Below are positions 1 through 13,675 of a DNA stretch of 64,000 nucleotides, one piece after another. Made by a program: the position numbers and the translations under genes. Position 1 is the first letter of the stretch; each line of letters starts with the position of its first letter. The stretch is from Octopus vulgaris (taxonomy: Eukaryota), in contig OX597828.1 in NCBI GenBank assembly GCA_951406725.2, positions 39,432,001-39,496,000 on the forward strand. Reading direction: 5' to 3'. The notes beneath the pieces are model-generated. The model was not told the origin of the DNA and ran no database searches. It saw nothing but the letters and a program-made list of their open reading frames with translations.

Positions 1-929
1 CACTATATATTCGTTCTTCACTCATTTATTACTGTTCTTGGTCTAGCTCATGTCCACTGTCATGCATCTGTGACATCCTCAGCAACACTTTCCATCTTTG
101 TGTGTGAAGAGCACACATGGAGACAGAAAATGTCATTGAAGAGGTCACATGTGTGTGACAAAAGATCCCGAGACAATAGACATGAGTTAGAATAAGAACA
201 GTAATAAATGAGTGAAGAATAAATATATATTGCATGTGTTTATTTGGAAAAAAAAAAAAGACCATCCCAAAATACAACAATATATATATGAGTAGCAAAT
301 GGTAATTTTTTTTTTAAGTAACTTAGTCAAAGTAGAAGTGGTGCCTCTAACCTTAGTGTAGTTGACATTCATATTGAACATCCACTGGAAGAAAATGAGG
401 AAGGAGTGGGAATCCCAGAAGATCACTTTACTGAGGAAGAAGAAATAGTGGGGGGAAAACATGGTAAAGATGACAGGAGGAAGAGGTAAGACAAATGTGC
501 CAACGTGATATGGGTAAACAAATGATTAATGTTGAAGAGTAGGTTTCAGACAAACAGAATATGGCAAGAAAAGAGCAAGGGCTTGGCCAACAGGTGGATG
601 ATCAAGTTGGAAACTAAGAACTCTATTCTTAGAGCAAAGACGAACAAGTGGTCGAGACATCCTTGTTAAAGTTAAAATAGAGAGAAATCAATTGAAAGAC
701 AGTAAAGTGTCAGATGTGTAGTGAAGTAGACTGAAACTGACAACTGTAAATTGTATGAATGTAGTGGAATAATATAAAAAGTATGGAAAAGAGGACAACA
801 GGGTAAATATAAAGATAGAGTAGGAGGCTTAGTAGTAAGTCTGGATTTAAAGTAGAAGTAAAAATAGTTCCAAAACCAGTCATCAGAACCTGTTATTGTA
901 CATTACTGTTGGAAGATGTCATGAAGCTT

Positions 930-1520
930 TACTGTATAAACTGACCGTGTAATTAGAAGCACTTAAACCAGATGTAATTGTAATAGAGAGAAAAAAGAAA
1001 CAATAATATTTTGTAAGGTTATTTTGTTATACCATGTAATATCAGAGTGGAGGTGCATGGCTTAGTGGTTAGGGTGTTGGATTCATGATTGTAAGATTGT
1101 GGTTTTGATTCCTGGACTGGGCGATGCTTTGTGTTCTTGAGCAAAACACTTCATTTCACATTGCTGCAGTCCACTCAGTGGGCAAAAAATGAGTAATCCT
1201 GCAAAGGACTGGCATCCCATCCAGGAACGAATATCTTTGCCAGAAAAACCAGGAAACCAGTTGTATGCTCCTTACTATCAGAGTGGAAATAAAGTTTAAA
1301 AAAAAAAAATGAGGTATCTGGACTTAGTCAGTGAACTGAAAAAAACTATGGGGCAGTCAGTAAAAGTTATCCCTATTATCCACACATGAGCAGTAGGGAC
1401 AATGCCAAAGCAAGGGCTGTTCAACATACAGAGAAATGTGTCAAAACTGAAACGCAGATTATTATAGTTACAGAGAACTATCTATTTTGTAAGAATTTTT
1501 TGTAAAGTACTTGAGAGTTG
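930..1520 (+). mobile_element. Degenerate 3' part of an RLE-endonuclease non-LTR retrotransposon (R4/NeSL-like), interrupted by a SINE
   Basis: Frameshifted translation TDRV..EALKPDVIVIERKK ... RYLDLVSELKKLWG..VKVIPII..AVGTMPK fits the PD..D restriction-like endonuclease C-terminus. Confidence 0.6.
1052..1275 (+). mobile_element. tRNA-derived SINE with 12-bp target-site duplication
   Basis: A-box-like GGCTTAGTGG head; TATCAGAGTGGA at 1040-1051 and 1276-1287. Confidence 0.8.
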
Positions 1521-1757
1521 AGAAGATTCATAGTCACTCAGTCTCAAGATATAACTGTAGACTTGGCCCACTTGGAATTTTGTTATAATAATGACAATGA
1601 TAATAATCGTTAATTTATGTAATGCTCTTGATGTGTTTATTGCTTTTGGGCTGTGAACTTTTTGCAAGAGAATTTTTAATCTGTGTAGTTCTTAAATTTT
1701 TCTAACTCATAATGATTTATTACATTGCCAAAAGGTTATAAATTAATGGAGAATTAA

Positions 1758-1981
1758 TGTATCTGGGGAGAGTCATTCTCTTTTAGTGCCTTATTATTTA
1801 ACACACTCACCAGTAAAGTTTCCATATTTTTTCCTAAAATTTTCATTGCATCTTGCAACCTTTTCAATGCAAGATGCAACGAAAATTTTTGGAAAAGATA
1901 AATAAGTAAATGAGTTGGAACTTTACTGGTGAGTGTGTTAAATAATAAAGCACTAAAAGAGAATGACTCTCCCCAGACACA
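1758..1981. mobile_element. Palindromic foldback/MITE-like element
   Basis: TGTATCTGGGGAGAGTCATTCTCTTTTAGTGC... is mirrored by ...GCACTAAAAGAGAATGACTCTCCCCAGACACA; nearly the whole element is an inverted repeat. Confidence 0.8.
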
Positions 1982-2480
1982 ACAAAATCAACATACAAAC
2001 TCACATGAAGAATCTTGCAAACCAAATCCAAACACAAAAGAAAATAGATTTAATCAACACTAAAAATATACTGATGTTGTAGATTTATAGAGAAGGAATA
2101 TGATAGATTTAATCACTACCAGTATATGCTTAGCACTTATTATCAAACTTAGCAGGGATGGGAGGCAAAGTCAACTCTGTTGAGGTTTGAACTTAAAACA
2201 TGAATAATTGACTACTGTACAAAATATTGCAATAGCTTCGACTTAGTTGCTTGAGCTGCTAGAAGTAGGAATCATAACATCTTTGAATTATACCCTATAA
2301 ATTTAGAGGTAAAAAGGAACATAGTTCTGTGCAAGAATTTGAATTAACTTCTACATGAAAACTAGATCTGTTTGAAAAAGGAACTAAATCTTCAAATCAC
2401 ATCTCGTCAACTTATAAAAGAAATAATGTATTGGGTAATGTAGTCCTAGAGACATGTTTGAAATGAGGTGGGATGGTCAT

Positions 2481-2685
2481 AAGGTGACAGAAATGTTAGC
2501 ACGCTGGGCAAAATGCTTAGCAGTATTTCGTCTGTTTCATTCTGAGTTCAAATTCCGCCAAGGTCTATTTTGCCTTTCATCCTTTCGGGGTCGATAAATT
2601 AAGTACCAGTTGCATACTGTGGTTGATCTAATCAACTGGCCCCCTCCCCCAAAATTTCAGGCCTTGTGCCTAGAGTAGAAAAGAT
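2481..2685 (+). mobile_element. tRNA-derived SINE, family B (core TTTGCCTTTCATCCTTTCGGGGTCGATAAA)
   Basis: B-box GAGTTCAAATTCC plus a conserved core shared with copies at 16446, 17904, 41746 and 57938. Confidence 0.85.
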
Positions 2686-5092
2686 AGGATGGTCATGCCT
2701 GGAATACCTTTGATCAAGGGCCTGTTAACCCTAAGTTCACCTAACACTAAACAACAACCACTGCTATCTGGTATTTAGTCCAGTTCTCTCCTACATCTAC
2801 TTCTCACCTGCCCATTAAATTTGCATCACAATGGCAAGGATTACTCATCAGTTATGGCTTTCATTTCTGTCTTAAGAACCATCCACACCTAGTTGATTTT
2901 TTTTTTCCCTGAGGAGGGGAGGCTTATTAAAAGATCTCACCTGTGTGTATGTATATGTATGTATGTGTATGTATGCAAAGTGTGTTCTCTTCTGTATCTG
3001 TGTCACTTTCATTTACTTGCCACATTCCTTACCTCTGGACTGTTTGTAATCTCAGCTGTCTTCGTCTTCTTGTTTTAATGACTATAACTATTTTCAAACT
3101 TAGCAAACAAATGGTATGCACCACCATGTTTGTATGCTAAAAGGTCATCAACTGACATCCCAACTAAAAAAAAAAAAATGTTGGAGTGATATTTATTCAG
3201 TATTTAACCTAGACTCCTGAAACAAACCTATGAAGTAAGCAATCACCCACCACCACCACCACTACCTCCAACCACCATTCAACTAATTAGCTGGAGGATC
3301 TTTAACCCAATCACAACCCATTTTCTTACCAACTACATTGCAGATCTCATTATGACAATTAGAGCAACAGTGGGGCCCCAACCTTTTTTGCATCATGGAC
3401 TTGTTTCATGCAAGGCAATTTTTCCATTGACCAGATCATGCGCATAACAACACACAATAAAGTGCGTAATAACATATTTTAACATGTATAAGGAACCCTT
3501 TTTTTGTCAAAATTAGGTTAAAAAAATATGGGAGTTTCTTATACATGGATAGTGTTATAATCCCTTACAAAAACATTTTTCTAAATTTTAAGCCCCAAAA
3601 ATTAGGGGGTTCCTTATACATGTTAAAATATGGTAATCTATAAGTGCAGGCATGGTTGTGTGTGATAAGAAGCTTACTACGCAAACTCATGGTTTCAATT
3701 CAGTCCCACCACGTAGCACCTAGGACAAGTGCCTTCTTACTATAGCCTCAGGTCAGCCAAAGCCTTGTGAGTGGATTTAGTAGATAGAAACTGAAGGAAG
3801 TCCATCAGATGTGCATGTGTGTTTGTGTGTGCGTGTATATATATATATATATCATCATCATCATTTAACATCCATTGTCCATGATGGCATGGGTTGGATG
3901 GTTTGACCAGAGCTGCACTAGACTCCAGTCTGATTTGGCATGGTTTCTATGGCTGGATGCCTTTCCTAATGCCAACCACCGTGGCACCGCATGAGTGCTT
4001 TTATGTGGAGCTGCACTAGACCTTTTACATTGCACCACACAGGTGCTTTTATGTGGCACTCCCATATATCTGTGTGTGTGCCTTTGTGTCTATGTTTGTC
4101 TCTACCATCACTGCTTGACCACCAATGTTGGTGTGTTTACGTCCCTGTAACTTAACAGTTCAGCAAAAGAGAATAATAGAATAAATACCAAACTTTAAGA
4201 AAATAAGTACTGGAGTTGATTTGATCAACTTAAGGTTCTTCAAGGCAGTGCCCCAGCATGGCCACTGTCAGCTGACTGAAGCAAGTTAAAGAAGAAAAAA
4301 ATAAAGATAATGACTGCATATATAATGCATAGATGATGCAAAAACACCTTGCAGACTGTAATAATCAATAAAATAGAAAGAGAATTAAATAATTTATTCA
4401 TTCTTTGCAGCCTGGTACCAAATGATCCACAGCTCAGTATTGGTCCATGACCAATTGGGGACCCCTGATCTCGGGTATCCACAATTCACTTACCTCTCGT
4501 CTTGTTATCACTTTTACTAGTGATTCAGGTGGATACTCTTATCCACCACCTGGCCTTATTTCATTTACTATTTGAAAATGAATGAAAGTAAAAAAAAAAA
4601 CTAGATTATGGATACAGAAATTTGAGAGCATTGGATAAGGTACCTCTGATATTTGCTTACAGACCTTTGTATCTGAGTTTAAATTCTGCTTGGGTCATCT
4701 TTATTCCTTGTTTTTTCCAAGTTCAAAAATAATGGGTGGTACTAAAATAAAATACCAGTCAATTACCAGAGGCTTGGAAAAAGTGATAATTTTTTTTTTT
4801 TGTAACATTTAACTTTGTTATTATTGTTGTTGTTTAGCTTTTAGGTCAATCTTAACTGAGCAAACTTATGTTCAAATGCATTCCATCCGTGGCCTTACTA
4901 TCTCTTTTCCAGACTTACTGTAGTCCTTGATTGTTTTATCCTATGTGTTATTTTTGTAAGACAGTTGGATGTAATTATTTGAGGAAAATTCAACAGACTA
5001 AAAAAATAATATAAAGCAGTGGTTCTCAATGAGGATTTACATGACCTGTGGGGGTCCATATAAAATTATGTCATTAAAATTTATGTGCAATA

Positions 5093-5715
5093 GGCATAGG
5101 AGTGGCTGTGTGTTAAGTAGCTTGCTTACCAACCACATGGTTCCAGGTTCAGTCTCACTGCGTGGCACTTTGGGCAAGTGTCTTCTACTATAGACTCGGG
5201 CCGACCAAAGCCTTAAGAGTGGGATTTGGTAGATGGAAACAGAGAAGCTTGTCGTATATATGTATATGTATATACATACACACGTCTAGACCACCAGCCC
5301 TCTTTCACACGCACATACATACTCTCTTATACACACATGCACCTTTGTGTTGGGGACACCTTCGTTTTGGAAGTCACTTGCTCCTGTTATCTCCCCTACT
5401 GTCCCTCTAGCGTCTGACCTCTGACCTCTGCCCGAAGTCAGAACGCCATGATAGATCGTTAGCTCCTACACACCTACATGTATATATATATATGTATATG
5501 TATATGTGTGTCTGTGTTTGTCCCCCCAGCATCGTTTAACAACCGATGCTGGTGTGTTTACGTCCCCGTAACGTAGCGGTTTGGCAAAAGAGACCGATAG
5601 AATAAGTACTAGGCATACAAAAAATAAGTCCTGGGGTCGATTTGCTTGACTAAAAGGCAGTGCTCCAGCATGGCCACAGTCAAATGACTGAAACAAGTAA
5701 AAGAGTAAAAGAGAA
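5093..5715 (+). mobile_element. SINE family A (GTGGCTGTGTGGTAAGTAGCTTGC head, (TA)n middle) with an internal insertion
   Basis: Head and tail closely match copies at 6970, 21517, 39287 and 52641. Confidence 0.85.
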
Positions 5716-5830
5716 TAAAAGTAGTTATAATGCTACAATACACAAAATATTTTAATGAATTTTTTATTCAATTCTTAATATATAATTATAATAGGATTTT
5801 TTAAACATCAAATGGCTATGAGGGTCCACC

Positions 5831-6099
5831 CAGGGGCATAGCTAAGGTGGGGCAAGCAGGGCACACACTTTGAGTGGGGTGCAATTTTGACCACAATCAT
5901 TTTCTAATTAAGCCATTAAGAAAAAATTTTTAAACCTTTTCAAGCATGGTTTATTTTGCTTGTTGCCATCCATGCCACTAGACAATAGGTGGTCTTACTT
6001 GACCTCACAAAACGCATGTGCTGCTTTTTGGTTGGGTTGGGTTGGGGGTTGCAGTTTTGAAGCTTGCCCTGGGCACCATTTACCCTAGCTACGCCCTTG
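5831..6099. mobile_element. hAT-like MITE
   Basis: TIR CAGGGGCATAGCTAAGGT / ACCCTAGCTACGCCCTTG; 8-bp TSD GGTCCACC / AGTCCACC. Confidence 0.75.
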
Positions 6100-6969
6100 A
6101 GTCCACCCGAGTAAAATGGAAATCAGAAGAGTCCATAGGTAGAAAATGGTTGAGAACCACTAATGTAGAAACTCTCTCTTTAGTTCATTTGTTAGACAAG
6201 TTTGGTGATAGACTATTCATAGACTACTTTATTGCTTAACATAAGATATATATACTTCAGTTCCCATCAAGAGCAGAGCTCTGTGGCTGGGAGATTTAAC
6301 TGCTGGACTTCTGCCCACATGGCCAGGAGTTCAAATCTTTGTGGTAGCTGTTTCTCCCACTTTGCCTGATTGACAAGAGCTTCCACTGCTTCTTTGGATT
6401 TGCATGGTTAACGAATTTATAATTAAGAATATGTTGCCAAAAAACCAAACACTTTTGAGGATGGTGCCTGGTTAATAGCAAAGAAAAGCATCCAACTGTA
6501 AAAGCAATCACTGTATCACGTCCAAATATAATCCAGTTGTTCTTCAAAAGAACGTACCCCAACGATGCATAAGCATGACCATGTGGATGAAATGTTTGGT
6601 TTGCAGCCATGTGGTTCCAAGTTCAAGCTCACTACTTGTAGTGAAATGTAGTAGATGGGAATTGTGTGGAAGTGGGAGTCCATTGTATGTGAATTCTCAC
6701 ACACACATACATATGGTAAATGGAAGATGGAATATACGAGAAGTTTTATTAATCATGACAACTGTTTCAACACATCTAGCATTGATCCCTCACAGGTGAG
6801 ACACTTAACAACTGGTTCAGGAGCATCCAGTGGTGCAGATGTGTCTCATTGGGTGATACAACTCATTAAAATAACAGTTCTGCATTGTACCTTCTCATTT
6901 CAAAGGAAAAAAAGCAGCAAAACAAAGGAAAGATATTTATTATATATATATATATGTATATATATGCAC

Positions 6970-7352
6970 AGGAGAGGCTGTGTGGTAAGTAGCTTGCTTA
7001 CCAACCACATGGTTCTAGTTTCAGTCCCACTGCGTGGCACCTTGGGCAAGTGTCTTCTACTATAGCCTCGGGCCGACCAAAGCCTTGTGAGTGGATTTGA
7101 TAGATGGAAACTGAAAGAAGCCCGTCGTATATATGTATATATATTTGTGTTTGTGCGTCTGTGTTTGTCCCCCAACATAGCTTGACAACTAATGCTGGTG
7201 TGTTTACGTACCCGTAACTTAACGGTTCAGCAATAGAGACCGATAGAATAAGTACTAGGATTACAAAGAATAAGTCCTGGGGGTCGATTTGCTTGACTAA
7301 AGGCGGTGCTCCAGCATGGCCACAGTCAAATGACTGAAACAAGTAAAAGAGT
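6970..7352 (+). mobile_element. SINE family A, near full length
   Basis: tRNA-like head, GGCACCTTGGGCAAGTGTCTTCTACTATAGCCTCGGGCCGACC core, AGTAAAAGAG tail. Confidence 0.9.
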
Positions 7353-7643
7353 ATATATATAGTTATTAGAGTCTATGTATTTGTTCAAAGCTGCTGATTC
7401 ACTCCATTGCCTACTCAAAGTTTCCTTGCTATCTGTGTTCCTTGATGCGATATGGAGATCAAAAACTGAGTAGTAATGGAATGAACATGTGGCTTTGAAT
7501 GATTACAAACGCACACACTTACACACATGTATTAATTAATATTAATAGCAAATTTCATGAAATGTATTACTTAGATATTATTACTGTGTACATGTGTGTA
7601 AGAACGAAGCTGTATAACAGACTGAGTCAACCCTTTATACATA

Positions 7644-8246
<603 letters not shown>

Positions 8247-8396
8247 TGTTACAGCTACTTATTCAATTTAATCTGGAGTCATTTTAACTCAAAACCGTAA
8301 GGTATTAATTACTAAACAAGTACAATGTTAAACAGCCTAGTGTTCTGTTATCTTAAACATCCATATTAATCAGCTAACTGACTTTGTCGAAAAGTT

Positions 8397-8520
<124 letters not shown>

Positions 8521-10146
8521 ATTTAAACATGAAAATTAGTGTTAATTTATTGATAGCTGTTATTTACTATAACACTTAACAATTTCTAGATTAGATTGAA
8601 ATAAAGTGCATTAGGTCAGTTTTTAACATTCATTGCCTTTAAACCTAGTTCTGTCCTGCGCAAGATATTACACTTTGACCAGTGGTGAGGCTCCTGCTCT
8701 GGAGTTTTAGAGAGGATGGAGTTACTCCTTGGTCACCATTACTCTTAAGTCCATTCTAGCCCAGGCTGGAAGTACCTATCGGGGGGTCTCAGTTACTGAT
8801 CCTTTGGCAAAAGCATTACAGGCTGACCCCTAGACATGTGTTACACCATCCTCATTGGTGTGTAGACATGCCCTGGTGTTGCATGAACCAGTTCCCTTGT
8901 CTAAGAATTAAATAGGTTCTGTGCTTTAATGGTAAGCTCAGAAGTGCAGGTGACTAGCAAACTGCAAATAAACCATTGCAATGTTTTTCTCAAAAGAAAA
9001 TCATGAATCTTCAGAATTTATCATAAAGGTCTATAATCATTAATGCTTGTATGTATTTCACCTGGAGAGGGAGAGAGACAGACAGACAGTCAGACAGGGA
9101 CAGAGAAAGTCCTTACACAATTATGTTGTTGATTAGCTTCCATATCAGTTCTGATCCAGTAGACCTTTTATAAGAAATGACAGCCAGATCTCCCAAATCA
9201 TACACTGTTACCTTTAAAATAAGGTAGGATATAATGGGTAACATTGTCTATTGACCAAGCAGGGTTATAAACTAGAAGACATTTAGTTGTGATCATTCTG
9301 TCTAAGGTTTTCCAAACATAGGGAATCAAAGTTTACTTTATTGAAAGATGCCTTCTCTATCTCTTTTTAAAGACATTTGGGTGTGATTCAAGAGTGAGCA
9401 ACCATGTAGAAGTATCTTCGTTTATTCATTCTGCAACATTATCTTTTAAAATATTTTGAGACAGCAACAGAGTCGTTAATGTGTTGAGCCAAGTTGCTTG
9501 ATCTACATGAAATGACATTCAAATTTCTGACATCAAACCGAACTTTAACTCTTTAGCATTTAAACCAGCCATCTCAGGCCCAAGTACTCTATCTCTTTTA
9601 TGTTCAAACCAACCAGATCTGGCCTCTTGTACTTACCCCGTAATGCCATTCTAAAAATAAACACTTGCATCATCAAAGTCTTGAAGCTACAAGATAATGC
9701 ATGATTAATTCAAAATAATGTGAGTAAATAAGCATTACATTTGACTTAGAAATCTGAATGCTAAAGGACTTTAAAAAAAAGTGAGTGGAGGGGTATGCTT
9801 GGGTGGTAGGGATAAGAACACATCAGATAATATAGTTCTAGGCATGTTATTGATGATAATTTGTTTGATTAGGACTGACTTGGGATTACATTAATTTTAC
9901 TAATTTCCCTATGTGTAGATGGCTGTCTTCTGTTGTAATAAAAAATGTATTACACTGACATTTAGCCATACATTTGCAAAGAGAGATCTACCATTTTCCC
10001 CTCCAGTTAATGACTGGTATCTATTTTATGTATGCCCCAAGGAAGTGAAAAACAAAGTCAATCAATTTGAAGTTAGTATACTATAAGACCTTATAGTATA
10101 CTATAAGGCATTTCATACAGTCTGCTGCCACATCATTCTTAGAAAT

Positions 10147-10532
10147 GGTGGAAGCACTCCGTCGGTTACGACGACGAGGGTTCCAGTTGATCCGATCAAC
10201 GGAACAGCCTGCTCGTGAAATTAACGTGTAAGTGGCTGAGCACTCCACAGACACGTGTACCCTTAACGTAGTTCTCGGGGATATTCAGCGTGACACAGAG
10301 AGTGACAAGGCCGGCCCTTTGAGATACAGGTACAACAGAAACAGGAAGTAAGAGTGAGAGAAAGTTGTGGTGAAAGAGTACAGCAGGGATCACCACCATC
10401 CCCTGCCGGAGCCGCGTGGAGCTTTAGGTGTTTTCGCTCAATAAACACTCACAACACCCGGTCTGGGAATCGAAACCGCGATCCTACGACCGCGAGTCCG
10501 CTGCCCTAACCACTGGGCCATTGCACCTCCAC
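10147..10532 (-). mobile_element. Full-length, apparently young tRNA-derived SINE, family C
   Basis: Minus-strand head GTGGAGGTGCAATGGCCCAGTGGTTAGGGCAGCGGACTCGCGG...GGTTTCGATTCCC; TSD TCTTAGAAAT at 10137-10146 and 10533-10542; many CpGs intact. Confidence 0.9.
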
Positions 10533-11027
10533 TCTTAGAAATATAATAGTGAACAATCCAATCTAGATTTCAGAGGTTGTGTTTATACATACATGTGTGT
10601 ATATACTCATACACACACTCAGCTATAACTCCATATTTCTCTAGTTCTTCCTTCTGTAATGCTAACAAAAGAATAATTTCTTTAGTTTCCAATTTATTCT
10701 AAAAAGAACCCCATCCCTTGTAAATATGGATTTTTGTACGTTTTTCCTGTTTCCAACTTGGATTTGTTTTCAATTGTTATCATAGGAAACAAGACATGCC
10801 TTTGATTCCTCCCCACCCCCACCTTGTAAGTAAAACAATATCATCAAACAAGTTGCTTTTTCATTTAATAACTCTCCCTTCCCCATCGGCCATTCTCCAT
10901 TTCTCTTTTGTTGAATATTTGGAAAGGGACCAGCTTGTAGATTTTTTATTTATGTTCAATGTGTCTGAATGCTTTGCATAACCACAATTTACATGCACAA
11001 GCCTACACTTGCGCATACAGTAACACT

Positions 11028-11058
<31 letters not shown>

Positions 11059-12445
11059 CCACCACTACCACTAATCCTTGTAGATATTCATTGTTGACTT
11101 TTAGCCCCAAGTCAACTCTGATCAAGCAAACCTATGATCAAGGACAATCCATCTGTGACCACTTTGTCTTTGTTTTTCAAGTATAGCACATCTAAAATCA
11201 CATTATCCAATACACTCACTCTTCCTCTTTTAAAACAATAGAGTGTGATTTTTGAAGGAGATCTTTTTTTGCTGCTATTTCCAGCAGATTGCACAACCAC
11301 ATTGAATTTCTCCTCATAGCCTTGTGATAGTATGTAATATATTTAAGAAGTATTTTTTTTTCTTTATTTTCCTTTTTATATCTCCTTGGTCATTCAATTC
11401 TTTCTTCTGCTGTGCTAACAAAAGAATAATTTCCTTAGTTACTCTAAAACCACCTCACACATTGATATGTAAATGTGAATATGCATACACAGTCTTCCTG
11501 TTTTTGACTGGAAGTCATTTTCAATTGTTATCAAATAAAAAAAAAATAATAATAAAAAAAGTTCAAATTATTAAATTTCCGTTTATACCCTGAATTGTAT
11601 TCATTGAGTTTTTCTTTGTAAACATTAAGCATGGCTGTGTGGTAAGAAGTTTGTTTCCCGGCCACATGATTTCAGGTTTTGGTCCCTCTGCATAGCACCT
11701 TGGGCAAGTGTCTACTGCTACTACCTTGGACCAACCAAAGCCTTGCAAGTGAATTTGGTAGATGGAAACTGAAAGAAGCCTGGCATATATATATATATAT
11801 GGGTTATATTACACTGATGATGGAAAAGGGGAATTTCCCTGTAATCCTGAAATCAATTGATATGTAATTGAACCATTTCATGAATCTTTTGCATTTATTT
11901 CCCCGAGTTTGGCGTGTGTTTATTGTGATATTTAAGGTAGTTTAGAGCCATTTGGCATCTTCTTTCAGCATGTGGCTAGGCCTGTGTATTTACTCGCTTG
12001 CCCTGGATATAAATAAATATATACATATATATATTTGGGTTGCATTCTCTGTCTCCTCTCTCTCTCTCTCTCTTGTCAGGTAACCATGTCTTCCTGTCTC
12101 ACTATAACCTTTCATCATCTGCCCCTCCCCTCTCAAAGGATCCTTGTCTTGCAAGGTACTTGGTGACCCGGCCAGTCCTGATGCCACATAAAAAGCATCC
12201 AGTCCACACTGTAAAGTGGTTGGTGTTTGGAAGGGCATCCAGCCATAAAAACCCTACCAAAACTGACCTTGCCTGTGCTTGTACCATGTAAAAAGCACTC
12301 TGCTGGGTGTTAGGAAGGACATCCACCCATAAAAACCCTGCCAAAATAGACACAGTAGTCTGTTGCAAGCTCCTGTTCGGCCAGCTTCTGTCAAACCATC
12401 CAACCAATGCCAGCATGAAAAGCAGACATTAAATGATGATGATGA

Positions 12446-12495
<50 letters not shown>

Positions 12496-12496
12496 T

Positions 12497-12810
12497 GGCA
12501 TAGCTGTGTGGTAAGAAGTTCACTTCACAAGCACCTGGTTCCAAGTTCAATCCCACTGCATGATACCTTGGCCAATCCTCAGGCCAACCAAAGCCTGTGT
12601 CTCTGTGTTTGTCCCCCACCACCACTTGACAGCCTGTGTGTGTGTTTATGTTCCTATAACTTAGCAGTTCAGCAAAAGAGACCAGTAGAATATGTACCAT
12701 GCTTTATAAAAATAAGTCCGGGGGTTGATTCATTCGACTAAAAGTTCTTTAAGTTGGTGGTGTCCCAGCATAACTGCAGTCTAATGACTGAAACAAGTAA
12801 AAGATTAAAA
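12497..12810 (+). mobile_element. SINE family A, degenerate
   Basis: Head and tail similarity to the 6970 copy. Confidence 0.75.
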
Positions 12811-13409
12811 GTGAGATATTAATCTTGTGTTGAAAGAAATTTTAGGATGGTAGAGTTTGATAATGTTTTAAAAAAATTTTATTTCCTATTTTAAGCTTGA
12901 ATTGAAGTGTAAATACTATTAAAATGTCATAACATTTAAATGCCAAACAGTCGTAAATAATGAACACCTCTATGGGGGGTTATTGTTTTGTTTCAGCCTA
13001 CTATATATTGACTTTGACTTGATGATTTATTAGATAGGGACCAGCATATTACAGGTACTTGTTTTATTAACCTGAACCCAGAAGGTTGAGAAACATTGTC
13101 AGTTTCAGCAGGATTTTGAACTTGTTTTGAATGTCCATTTTTCCATACTTGCATGGGTTCAAACAGAATTCATTGAGGGGATTTTCAATAGCTGGATGCT
13201 ATCCCTGCTGCTAAATATTATCTTTCTAATGCAAGGCAATATTTCCTCATGACCAGACATGTTTTCATGGAAGACTGGAAAGAGTAACACCACCTGTATA
13301 ACAGTGACACTCATTTACGACTATCACATAATGTCAAGACAAGAAGGCATACATACATATGTACATACATGCACAAACACACACACACACACACACACCA
13401 CATATTCTT

Positions 13410-13610
13410 TTATTTTTTTACTTGTTTCAGTCATTTGACTGTGGTCATGCTGGAGCACCACCTTTAGTCAGGCAAATCAACCTCAGGACTTTGTAAACCT
13501 AGTACTTATTCTATCAGTCTCTTTTGCCAAACTGCTAAGTTATGGGGACATAGAGGCACCAGCATCAGTTGTCAAGTGATATTGGGGTACAAACACAGAC
13601 ACACAAACAT
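13410..13610 (-). mobile_element. SINE family A 3' half (a matching 5' half lies at ~14260-14385)
   Basis: TTACTTGTTTCAGTCATTTGACTGTGGTCATGCTGGAGCACC is the reverse complement of the family A tail. Confidence 0.75.
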
Positions 13611-13619
13611 ATACTCACA

Positions 13620-13675
<56 letters not shown>

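Larger units (their letters stand above)
5017..6162. mobile_element. hAT(Charlie)-like non-autonomous element carrying nested insertions
   Basis: Terminal inverted repeats CAGTGGTTCTCAA ... TTGAGAACCACT. Confidence 0.6.

Noticed and set aside
6655-7342. Recurring ORFs such as MFQSFDCGHAGA and EDTCPRCHAVGL
   Set aside because: Translations of SINE family A copies
10440-10532. tRNA gene
   Set aside because: tRNA-like head continues into a SINE body bounded by a TSD
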